From NCBI GenBank assembly GCA_017543805.1, contig JAFYFK010000204.1:1-26009 (forward strand): 26,009 nt of DNA, written 5' to 3'. This document shows, in pieces, positions 1 to 8,596 of this stretch. Source of the stretch: Bacillota bacterium (GTDB lineage: Bacteria; Bacillota; Clostridia; Peptostreptococcales; Anaerovoracaceae). The notes beneath the pieces were generated by a model. The model worked only from the letters and a program-made list of their open reading frames with translations. It had not been told where the DNA came from and ran no database searches. The translations under genes and the position numbers were made by a program. Each line of letters opens with the position of its first letter. Within the stretch, counting starts at the first letter, position 1.

Positions 1-17
1 CCGGGAGGTGAAAGACC

Positions 18-1292
18 GTGGGAGATCTGACAGGCTCCATCAACTATTCGATCAGCGTCGCCGCCCTGACCCTGATGGTCATGAGCGTCATCATAACCAA
101 CGTAAGCACCAGCCTCGAGAAAAGCACAAGGCGGTTTTTCTATACGTTTTTCCTTACGATGCTGCTGTACGTGATCTCCAATCTGCTTTCGCAGTTTGCG
201 GAGAACATGGGGACGCCGGCCTTTACGCAGATAGCGATCTTTTCGGAGTCGCTCTTCTCGTCGCTGCTGATGCCGATGCTGACGCTGTTCATACTTGACT
301 GCACCGGAGAAAAATGGCGCGAATCCATGCTGTTTTTCGTGACCTGCGGCATATGGCTGATATATATACTGATACTGCTGATGACGCAGATCACCACATT
401 CATCTATTACATCAGCCCGGACAATGTTTATCACCGCGGCCCGCTGTACCCTGTCCTGCTTGTTCCTCCCGTACTGATAATGGGAGCGAACCTCATCGGG
501 GTCATTCTGAGGCGCAAAATGCTTTCGCAGAAGCAGTTCCTGTCGATCATCACGTTTATAATGCTGCCGATGTTCGCGATGATAATCCAGATGATCTTCT
601 TCGGGCTGTATCTGATAGTTTTCGCTACCGCTGTTTCAGGCATACTCCTCCTGCTGTTTATACTTACGGATCAGATGGAGAACTACGCCAAGCAGCAGAA
701 AGAGATCGCCCAGCAGAGGGCAAGCATCATGGTGCTCCAGATGAGGCCGCACTTCATCTACAATACCATGATGAGCATCTACTATCTTGTGCAGCAGGAT
801 TCCGAGCGCGCCCAGAAAGTCATTCTGGACTTTACAAGCTACCTGAGAAAGAACTTTACCGCCATCGCAAAGGAAGACACGATCCCGTTTACCGAAGAGC
901 TGGAACATACAAGAGCTTACCTTGCTGTCGAACAGGTCCGTTTCGAGGACAAGCTGTTTGTCGAATACGTCACGCCGGAAACGGACTTCAGGCTGCCTCC
1001 GCTCACGCTTCAGCCGATAGTTGAGAACGCGGTAAAGCACGGTATCGACCCGGAGCTTGGATCCCTGTATATCTCGATCTACACGGAAAAAACGCCTTCG
1101 GGCATCAACATAAGCGTCGAGGATTCGGGGCCGGGCTTTGAGGCCTCCGACAACAACGAACCGCATGTCGCCCTGGCGAATATACGGGAAAGATTAAAGA
1201 TAATGTGCGACGGAGAGTTGGAGATCAAATCGCGCAAATCCGGCGGGACCGCTGTCACGATAAAGATCCCGTACCCCAAAGAATCTAAATAA
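18..1292 (+). CDS. LytS/YehU-type sensor histidine kinase with ~7-TM N-terminal domain
   Basis: 424 aa; SD GGAGGTG at 4-10; ~7 hydrophobic segments; H-box LQMRPHFIYNTM, LTLQPIVENAVKHG N-box, EDSGPG G1 box. Confidence 0.9.
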   Translation: MGDLTGSINYSISVAALTLMVMSVIITNVSTSLEKSTRRFFYTFFLTMLLYVISNLLSQFAENMGTPAFTQIAIFSESLFSSLLMPMLTLFILDCTGEKWRESMLFFVTCGIWLIYILILLMTQITTFIYYISPDNVYHRGPLYPVLLVPPVLIMGANLIGVILRRKMLSQKQFLSIITFIMLPMFAMIIQMIFFGLYLIVFATAVSGILLLLFILTDQMENYAKQQKEIAQQRASIMVLQMRPHFIYNTMMSIYYLVQQDSERAQKVILDFTSYLRKNFTAIAKEDTIPFTEELEHTRAYLAVEQVRFEDKLFVEYVTPETDFRLPPLTLQPIVENAVKHGIDPELGSLYISIYTEKTPSGINISVEDSGPGFEASDNNEPHVALANIRERLKIMCDGELEIKSRKSGGTAVTIKIPYPKESK

Positions 1293-2898
1293 CACTGTTT
1301 TCCGCAAGGTGAATGCCGTCCGCGGCGGCTGACATGATGCCGCCCGCGTAGCCCGCGCCCTCACCGCCCGGATAAAGACCTTTAATGACGGAGCCGTCGC
1401 AAAGCACGGCTTCGCCTTTTTCATTTCTGACAAAGCGCAGCGGGGATGAGCTTCTGGATTCTATGGCGGTCATTACAGCCGAGGGATCGGCAAAACCGCG
1501 CAGCTTTCTGTCCAGCATGGGAAGCGCTTCTTCTATGGAGTCCGAGACAAAGTCCGGAAGGCATTTGCGGATATCCGTAAACCTGACGCCTGGGCGGTAT
1601 GTGGGAACAGGTCCTGCTGCAGATGCTTCGCTGTCAGCGGTATGGCCGAGGAAGCTGCCCACAGTCTGGGCGGGCGCTGTATAAGTTCCTCCGCCGAGCT
1701 CAAAGGCCAGCTTTTCGTATTTTTCCTGAAAATCGAGGCCGGCGAGAGGATCTTCCGACCCGAAATCCGAAGTGCGCACGTCGACAAGAAGAGCGCTGTT
1801 GGCGTTTTCGCCGGAGCGGTCCGAATTGCTCATGCCGTTCGTAACGAGCAGTCCTGGATGCGAAGCGGACGCGACGACCTGCCCTCCGGGGCACATGCAG
1901 AAGGTATAAACGCCTCTTCCCGCGCCTGTTTTTACGTTGAGCTTATATTCTGCCGCAGGCAGGCCGAGCGCCCCGTGTTCGGCCGAAAATTGGGCTCTGT
2001 CGACGAGTTTCTGCGTATGCTCCACCCTGACCCCCATGGAAAACGGTTTCTGCTCCGCCAGCAGGCCTTTTTCCGAGAAATATCTGACGGTATCCCTTGC
2101 GCTGTGGCCGGTCCCGAAAACGAGAACGTCGCATTCTATGCGTTCTCCGCTGCCGGTCACGGCGGCTTTAAGCTGACCGTTTTCTGTCTCTATCGCGCTG
2201 AGCATGGTGCCGAAACGGACTTCCCCGCCGAGGGACTCTATCTTTCTCCGTATATTGACGACCACATTCCGCAGAACGTCTGTGCCTATATGGGGCTTCT
2301 GCCTGTACAGTATGGCCGGATCCGCACCGGCCTCGACCAGCGTTTCAAGGATAAAGCGCTGTGCCGGATCCCTTGTCCCGGTAGTAAGCTTGCCGTCGGA
2401 AAACGTGCCTGCCCCGCCCTCGCCGAACTGCACGTTGGCCTCCGGGTCGAGCTCGCCTGTGCTCCAGAAATGTTCGACCGCCTTTACGCGGTCTTCCATG
2501 GCAGGTCCGCGTTCCAGAACTATAGGCTTTAGGCCGTAAAGAGCAAAAGTAAGAGCGGCAAACATGCCGCAGGGACCAAATCCGCAGACCACCGGCCTGT
2601 GTTTGGGAATGTGTTTTGCCTCTGGAAAGTGATAATGCAGGTCGTCAGGAGCTTTCACGGCTTTTACGCCGGCCTTTTTAGCTGCAGAGAGCAGTTTTTC
2701 ATCAGAAATCTTATCCGAAGCAATATCCAGACTGTAGACCCTGTAGATGACAGGCTTTTCCCTCGCGTCAACGGATTCCTTAACTATCCGCATATCAGAA
2801 ATGCTGCCGGAAGCAAGCCTGAGTTTCTTCTCAGCCTTCGCCTTCAGCAGCTCTTCAGATTCGCCTGTCTTCAGTTTTATTTCATGTACGCGGATCAT
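1285..2898 (-). CDS. FAD-dependent oxidoreductase (uncharacterised flavoprotein family)
   Basis: 537 aa; dinucleotide-binding VVCGFGPCGMFAA, conserved QFGEGGAGTFSDGKL, FCMCPGG, C-terminal GEGAGYAGGIMSAA. Confidence 0.85.
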   Translation of the reverse strand: MIRVHEIKLKTGESEELLKAKAEKKLRLASGSISDMRIVKESVDAREKPVIYRVYSLDIASDKISDEKLLSAAKKAGVKAVKAPDDLHYHFPEAKHIPKHRPVVCGFGPCGMFAALTFALYGLKPIVLERGPAMEDRVKAVEHFWSTGELDPEANVQFGEGGAGTFSDGKLTTGTRDPAQRFILETLVEAGADPAILYRQKPHIGTDVLRNVVVNIRRKIESLGGEVRFGTMLSAIETENGQLKAAVTGSGERIECDVLVFGTGHSARDTVRYFSEKGLLAEQKPFSMGVRVEHTQKLVDRAQFSAEHGALGLPAAEYKLNVKTGAGRGVYTFCMCPGGQVVASASHPGLLVTNGMSNSDRSGENANSALLVDVRTSDFGSEDPLAGLDFQEKYEKLAFELGGGTYTAPAQTVGSFLGHTADSEASAAGPVPTYRPGVRFTDIRKCLPDFVSDSIEEALPMLDRKLRGFADPSAVMTAIESRSSSPLRFVRNEKGEAVLCDGSVIKGLYPGGEGAGYAGGIMSAAADGIHLAENSVI

Positions 2899-2932
2899 TG
2901 TGAATAATGACTGTTTGTTTAAGTAAGTTCAT

Positions 2933-3134
2933 TGACAGCGGGCAGCTCTGACGCGTCCCATGACAGAACCGTGATGTTTCCGGCAGATGAGTGTAGGCGC
3001 GCAGGCGCCGTCGATTTCGAAGGGGAAGGACGGCCCCGTAAGGCCCGGCCGTTCTGAGCCCGAAATCCACACGAAAGATGCCGTTGAAACATCCGGTGAA
3101 GGAATCAGGACGCGGAACGGGCTGCCCGCTGTCA
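2933..3134 (+). ncRNA. Candidate ~200-nt structured RNA (rod-like fold); family not identified
   Basis: Perfect 14-bp terminal stem TGACAGCGGGCAGC/GCTGCCCGCTGTCA plus nested helices (2952-58/3108-14, 2973-80/3086-93, 2981-85/3079-83, 2991-94/3069-72, 3013-19/3061-67, 3028-35/3047-54); CC-GTAA-GG tetraloop; trailing GCTTTTATTT. Confidence 0.5.
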
Positions 3135-3173
3135 GCTTTTATTTGATGCAATCAAACGATCGCTGTTTTAGCT

Positions 3174-4472
3174 TTATATCTTTTCCCCTGCCAGAAGACC
3201 GCTGGCAAAGGCGAATGCCAGATTGTATCCACCGCAGACCGCGTCAGCGTCGAGGACCTCCCCGCAGAAAGCAAGGCCCGGCACGAGCCGCGACTGCAGC
3301 GTTTCCGGATCCACCTCAGAAAGCGCGACGCCTCCGGAAGTCACCTGAGCGTCGTTCCAGGAACGGGTCCCGTCTATACTGAAAACGAGGTCTCTGCACT
3401 TTGCTGCAAGAGCCTCCGGACTGCCGTCAAAACCTTCGAGCAGCCAACTGCAGAGCTTGTCCGGAAGAAGTCCGAAGAGCACGCCGGAAAGCGTTCCGAA
3501 TTCCTTAAAGCGCGCGGAAAACAGATCTTTAAGCGCTTCTTCGGAATATTCCTCAAATAGGTCCACATGAGCCTCATATTCGCAGCCGGGGACGCGCCTC
3601 AGAAATCTGCTCACATTAAATGTGCATATCCCCGACAGCGTCTCCTTTGTAAACTGGAGCTCGCCGGAATCCTCAGCAAGAGCACGCAGCGTTCTCTCCT
3701 CATACGTTTTCGGCGCCTGCATTTTTATCTTTTCCGGAGCTGCGTAGGGCGTGAAATCGTCCGGGACGCGGTAAGTCTGAACAGACTGCTCATAAAGACC
3801 GATGCGTGCCTTTGCGCGGACTCCTGCCAGAGCGGAGATATCCTCCCTGACCGTGAGCTGCGTAAGCGCTGGGATCGGCTTAATGACAGTATGCCCGAAC
3901 GCCTTGGCAAAGCGGTATCCGTCACCGAAACAGCCGTACTGCATTCCGGCTTTTCCGCCTGTCGCGATAATAAGCTTTCCGCATTCGATTATCTGTGATG
4001 TATCGGAATGAATAACAAAACCGCTGTCCGTCCTGTTGCAAACAGAAGCCGAAAAACCGGTTATGATCTTTACGCCGGCTTCCTCCGCGGCGCGGATGAG
4101 CGCGGCAGAGATGCTTTTTGCCTGGAATGACCTGGGATACAGGCGGCCTTCGTCCTCTTCCGCGGGAATGATACCGAGTTTTTCGAAAAAGTTCAGAAGA
4201 TCCCCGACCGGATGAGCGTTAAAAACAGCCGAAAGAACAGCCGAGGCTGCTTCCGGCCCGGAATTTGAGTAATAAGTATCCGCGGACGCGTTTCTGTTGA
4301 GATAATTGCATCGCCCGTTGCCTGTGGCGTTGATCTTGCGCCCCGCTGACAGATTCCTGTCCAGCAGCGCAACAGATGCCCCGGGATGGGCTCCTGCAGC
4401 GGCGATAGACGCGGCAAGCCCCGACGCTCCGCCTCCGATTATGGCGATATCATAATATCCGAGTTTTGACAT
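3174..4472 (-). CDS. HI0933/YhiN-family NAD(P)/FAD-dependent flavoprotein
   Basis: 432 aa; IAIIGGGASGL Rossmann motif, GRKINATGNGRCN signature, AQVTSGGV, GGYNL; SD GGAGG. Confidence 0.9.
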   Translation of the reverse strand: MSKLGYYDIAIIGGGASGLAASIAAAGAHPGASVALLDRNLSAGRKINATGNGRCNYLNRNASADTYYSNSGPEAASAVLSAVFNAHPVGDLLNFFEKLGIIPAEEDEGRLYPRSFQAKSISAALIRAAEEAGVKIITGFSASVCNRTDSGFVIHSDTSQIIECGKLIIATGGKAGMQYGCFGDGYRFAKAFGHTVIKPIPALTQLTVREDISALAGVRAKARIGLYEQSVQTYRVPDDFTPYAAPEKIKMQAPKTYEERTLRALAEDSGELQFTKETLSGICTFNVSRFLRRVPGCEYEAHVDLFEEYSEEALKDLFSARFKEFGTLSGVLFGLLPDKLCSWLLEGFDGSPEALAAKCRDLVFSIDGTRSWNDAQVTSGGVALSEVDPETLQSRLVPGLAFCGEVLDADAVCGGYNLAFAFASGLLAGEKI

Positions 4473-4489
4473 AAACCCTCCGGAGCCTT

Positions 4490-5707
4490 TTACTTAAGCA
4501 GTTCGACGGCTTTTTCCAGCTGGATATCCTTTACGAGCCAGCCGTCCTCGTCATAGCAGTCGTCAGTAAGTTCGATTATGTAGTCCGGCGTTATGCCGAC
4601 CTTATGTATCACCTTGCCGCTAGGCGTAAAGTACTGAAGTATGGTGAGCTTGACAGCGCTGCCGTCCGACAGTTCGTCTACGGTCTGGATAATGCCCTTT
4701 CCGAAGCTCTGCGTTCCGACGACCTCGCATCTTCCGTTGTCCTGAAGGCCTGCGGTCAAGATCTCGGACGCGGAAGCGGTCCCTCCATTTATAAGCACGA
4801 CCGTCGGGATATCTGTCTTTCCGTCCCTGGTCTTGTAGTAATCGCGGTTGTGGTCCTGGTCCTCGGTGTATACCACAGTGGCCTTGTCCATAAGGATGTC
4901 CGCGATGCCCACAGCCGAGTCAACAAGCCCTCCGCCGTTGTTCCTCAGGTCTATGATAAGCCCCTTTGCGCCCTGGGATAAAAGATTTTCAAGCGCCGCG
5001 GCGAAATCGTTAGCCGTATTGTTAAGGAACGAAGATACCTGTATATATCCGAGCCCGTCATCCCGAAGCTCGCCGGTCACGCTCTGAAGCGTTATGTGCG
5101 TCCTTGTTATGGTGAGCTCGAATTCATCCTTGCCGCGTATGACAGTCAGGGTGACATCGGTGTTCTCCGGTCCTCTGATGGCAGCCGCGCATACGTCGAG
5201 CTGCGTCGCGTTATAGACGACTCCGTCGACCTTATAGATGTAATCGCCGGTCCTCAGGCCTGCCGCCTCCGCAGGAGTTCCGGGAGTCGGAGAGACGACT
5301 ATGACCATATCAGCGTCCGCGTCTGCCGCGACCGTGACGCCAACGCCGGAATAGTCCCCGGTGAGGCTGGCCATCTCGTTGTCGTATTCAGTCTTGGTCA
5401 TGTACATCGAATACGGATCCCCGAGACTTTCGAACATTCCGTAATACATGCCGTTTTCCACGTCCTCGTCCTTTACGCTGACGTAGTAATTATCCTCGAT
5501 ATATTCCCGTATCAGATCGGCTTTTTCGTAAGTTTCCTGGAATCTTGTCAGTTCGCTGTATTTCTTTTCTGAGATCCTGACATAATCTCCGGGGCCTTCG
5601 ACAAGATCCGCGGGAGACACCTGCAGATACACACACATGGCGAAGGCACCTGCCAGCAGGGCAAGCGCTATCAGAAACACGAACAGCCATCGCTTTATAC
5701 GGATCAT
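4490..5707 (-). CDS. ctpA: S41 carboxy-terminal processing protease with PDZ domain
   Basis: N-terminal TM/signal, PDZ (GVGV..PAEAAGLRTGD), IDLRNNGGG, catalytic TASASE and GKG; SD AAGGAG. Confidence 0.92.
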   Translation of the reverse strand: MIRIKRWLFVFLIALALLAGAFAMCVYLQVSPADLVEGPGDYVRISEKKYSELTRFQETYEKADLIREYIEDNYYVSVKDEDVENGMYYGMFESLGDPYSMYMTKTEYDNEMASLTGDYSGVGVTVAADADADMVIVVSPTPGTPAEAAGLRTGDYIYKVDGVVYNATQLDVCAAAIRGPENTDVTLTVIRGKDEFELTITRTHITLQSVTGELRDDGLGYIQVSSFLNNTANDFAAALENLLSQGAKGLIIDLRNNGGGLVDSAVGIADILMDKATVVYTEDQDHNRDYYKTRDGKTDIPTVVLINGGTASASEILTAGLQDNGRCEVVGTQSFGKGIIQTVDELSDGSAVKLTILQYFTPSGKVIHKVGITPDYIIELTDDCYDEDGWLVKDIQLEKAVELLK

Positions 5708-5709
5708 CG

Positions 5710-7419
5710 TTATGCTCCTTTAATGTCGCGGACGACCATCTGAAGCCTCCGCCCGTTGTACTCGTTTACGGTGAGTTCTCCCGCCACGTCGACCGACGCG
5801 CCGCGGTATATGGTGCCGCTGAATTCCGCGGCTCTTCTGAACAGTATGCATTCTACCGGTATGCTGTCCCCGGTCATGACTGTAAAGCGCAGATGCTGCT
5901 GTTCCTGGCCAAGGTAGTATGTGCTTACCACGCCCGCGTTCTTCATGCAGAACAGAGGTTTCTCGTTAGCCTCGCCGAACGGTTCGAGCTTCGCGAGCAT
6001 CTCCGCGAACTCGACGTTCTTTTCCCCGGAACTGAGGACTTTTTCTATATACAGTTTTTCCGTAAGCAGCTCGGGTTCAGCGTCGAGACGCTTACGCATC
6101 TCCTCCTGCATGGCGTTCCTGAAAGCGTCGAGGTTCTCCTCAGGCAGCGTAAAGCCACACGCGCCGGCATGCCCGCCGAAACGCGTGAACAGCTCCGCGC
6201 AGGACGAAAACAGCTCGTGCATGTTGACGCCGGGAACGCTGCGCCCGGTGCCCTTCAGAAGCCCGTCGCCTATAGGCGTGACTATGCAGACCGGCTTGTA
6301 GAGGCTCTCCTTGAGGTTTCCGGCAACTATTCCGGCGACCCCTTCGTGCGCTCCGGGAGCGTAGATGACGGGCATAAGCTCTCCGCATCCGCCCTTTTCT
6401 ATGGCTTCCATGCAGATCTTTCTGGTGTCATCCTGAACGGTCTTGCGCTCCGCGTTGTTCTCGACCATTGACAGCGCCAGCTTTCTGAGATCTTCCTCAG
6501 GCTTGCCGCCCAGCAGAAGATCCACGCCGAGCTCAGCTGAATGCATGCGGCCCAGCGCGTTTATATGCGGCGCGATTATGTACGCGATATCTTCGGAACC
6601 GATCCTGCGGTCGCCCAGCCTGAGCGCGTCAAGGAGAATGTTGAGCCCCGTCCTCCTGTGGTCGTTGATGTACATCAGCCCGTATTTTACGAGCGTGCGG
6701 TTTTCGTCAAGAAGGCTCACCACGTCCGCGACAGTCGCTATCGCGACAAGGTCCAGGAGCTCGTTCATGTCGGCTCTGGTAAAACGCTTGTCACCCTTGG
6801 ACTCAGAGACCCTGACAATGCCCTGCGCCAGCTTAAAGGCAACTCCGCAGCCGCAGAGATCCTTAAACGGATAAGTGCTGTCCGCCCTCTTCGGATTGAC
6901 AAAAAGGCAGCCCGGAGCGGCAGTCCCCGGAGTATGGTGGTCGGTAACGATCACCTCCATGCCGAGTTCTTTGGCGTGTTCGATCTCAGCAAGGGAAGTG
7001 CTTCCGCAGTCCACTGTCACGAGCACCTCGACCCCGTCCTCCGCAAGCTTGTCTATCGCCGCGTTGTTGAGTCCATATCCGTCGACAAAGCGCGACGGAA
7101 TATAATAGCGGACATTGTCGGTAAAATGCCTCAGAACAGTAAGCAGCAGCGTAGTCGAAGTGACGCCGTCGGCGTCGTAGTCGCCGTAGACGCAGATCCT
7201 CCTGCCTTTTACCGCACTGTCAAGAAGCCTGAAGACAGCTTCCTTAAGATCGTTCATCTTGAACGGATCATAGGTGGTCTTAGGCATTTCCGCGAAGAAA
7301 TCGTCCGCCTGTTCCTTTGAGACGCCTCTTCTTTCCAGTATTTTAACAATAGCATCAGGGACCCCTGCGGGGTCCCCTACAGCTGTCTGATCTTTCTGTA
7401 ATATTACCCATTCAGCCAT
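5710..7419 (-). CDS. recJ: Single-stranded DNA exonuclease RecJ
   Basis: YGDYDADG, TVDCG, TDHH (DHH) motifs, DHHA1 region HEGVAGIVAG, GGHAGACG; start placed at ATG 7419 behind AAGGGTG SD (ORF track begins at GTG 7428). Confidence 0.93.
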   Translation of the reverse strand: MAEWVILQKDQTAVGDPAGVPDAIVKILERRGVSKEQADDFFAEMPKTTYDPFKMNDLKEAVFRLLDSAVKGRRICVYGDYDADGVTSTTLLLTVLRHFTDNVRYYIPSRFVDGYGLNNAAIDKLAEDGVEVLVTVDCGSTSLAEIEHAKELGMEVIVTDHHTPGTAAPGCLFVNPKRADSTYPFKDLCGCGVAFKLAQGIVRVSESKGDKRFTRADMNELLDLVAIATVADVVSLLDENRTLVKYGLMYINDHRRTGLNILLDALRLGDRRIGSEDIAYIIAPHINALGRMHSAELGVDLLLGGKPEEDLRKLALSMVENNAERKTVQDDTRKICMEAIEKGGCGELMPVIYAPGAHEGVAGIVAGNLKESLYKPVCIVTPIGDGLLKGTGRSVPGVNMHELFSSCAELFTRFGGHAGACGFTLPEENLDAFRNAMQEEMRKRLDAEPELLTEKLYIEKVLSSGEKNVEFAEMLAKLEPFGEANEKPLFCMKNAGVVSTYYLGQEQQHLRFTVMTGDSIPVECILFRRAAEFSGTIYRGASVDVAGELTVNEYNGRRLQMVVRDIKGA

Positions 7420-7435
7420 GGGCCTCACCCTTTCT

Positions 7436-8593
7436 TTATGGGGAAACGTATTTAAGCGGATTCTGGTATTTGCCGTTTACACGGACTTCAAAATGCAGAT
7501 GCGGGCCGGTCGAAGCTCCGGTAGAGCCAACCTTGGCTATGGTCTGCCCTCTGGCGACCACATCGTCCTTGCTGACGAGCAGCTTGCTCGCGTGCGCGTA
7601 CAGCGTGACAATTCCGCCGCCGTGGTCGAGCATTACATAGTATCCGTAACTGTTGTTCCATCCGGCGACCATGACCGTTCCGGCGTTTGCCGCGACTATG
7701 TTGGTACCGGAGGCTGCAGCGATATCTATACCTGTGTGCAGCTTATACACCTTGAGTATCGGGTGCAGCCTGTTTCCGAACGGAGAAGAGATGTAGCGGC
7801 TGGCGGACGCCGGCCACTGCATGGAACCTCCGATATAGTCCCTTGTGCTCTGCAGCTGGAGGATCTTGGCGGTAAGGGCGTTCGCCTCCTTGTTCATGGC
7901 GTCGACCTGAGCCTCGAGCTCTTTGTTGTCCTTGTCGACCTCGGCCTTCTTTGCCTTTACGCTCTCCTGATCCGCCGCGAGAGCTGCTTTTTTCGCCTCG
8001 ATCTCGTCCTGCTGGATCATAAGGTCGTTCTTCATCTTGACGAGGTCGGTCTTGACCGCTTCGATCTCGTCGTACTGCTCCTCGAGCCTCGACAGCAGCC
8101 TGGCGTCGCTGTCGTATATGCGCTTTACCATCTCGATGTTGGTGAGGAAATCCGAGATACTCCCGGAACCGAGCAGCACCGAAAGCGTTCCCACCTCACC
8201 GTTCTTGTACATGGTGCGCAGGCGCAGATTGAGAGAATTGTTCTGGTCGTCGACCTCGGCGAGCTTCGCGTCGAGTTCGTCGCGCTTTACTACTATCTGC
8301 TGCTTAAGGTCGTTGATGTCCTTTTCAAGATCGTTTATCTCGACCTCGGAAGCGTAGATCTTGTTCTCAAGGCTTTTGATCTCTGACGCCAGCGCGCTGG
8401 ACTGCGCCTTCCCCTGTTTGAGCGCGTCCTGCGTGGATTTGATCTGATTCTGCTTGTCCTTAAGGTTCTTCTTTGCGTCGTCGAGCTCGTCCGCGTAACC
8501 CGGGGTCACGCTCATAAACGCGGCGGACGCGAAGATGGCCAGCGCCATCAGAAATGCCCTTATCCTTTTTCCCCTTTTGGTCGTGTTGTTCAT
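7436..8593 (-). CDS. Coiled-coil + M23 peptidase (EnvC/PcsB-like FtsEX partner)
   Basis: Signal peptide, long heptad coiled coil, M23 motifs HTGIDIA and HLHFEVR; directly downstream of ftsX. Confidence 0.9.
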   Translation of the reverse strand: MNNTTKRGKRIRAFLMALAIFASAAFMSVTPGYADELDDAKKNLKDKQNQIKSTQDALKQGKAQSSALASEIKSLENKIYASEVEINDLEKDINDLKQQIVVKRDELDAKLAEVDDQNNSLNLRLRTMYKNGEVGTLSVLLGSGSISDFLTNIEMVKRIYDSDARLLSRLEEQYDEIEAVKTDLVKMKNDLMIQQDEIEAKKAALAADQESVKAKKAEVDKDNKELEAQVDAMNKEANALTAKILQLQSTRDYIGGSMQWPASASRYISSPFGNRLHPILKVYKLHTGIDIAAASGTNIVAANAGTVMVAGWNNSYGYYVMLDHGGGIVTLYAHASKLLVSKDDVVARGQTIAKVGSTGASTGPHLHFEVRVNGKYQNPLKYVSP

Positions 8594-8596
8594 TCT

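Noticed and set aside
2979-3097. Hammerhead-like core: CAGAUGA-GUGU...ACAC-GAAA
   Set aside because: The conserved U4 is A, and no register gives both an A15.1-U16.1 pair with NUH and a valid stem I. The same bases are better explained as a k-turn within the rod.
2882-3151. 89-aa minus-strand ORF (and 2987..3382 +) across the intergenic region
   Set aside because: No SD, no recognisable motif, overlaps real genes; the region is better explained by RNA/DNA structure.
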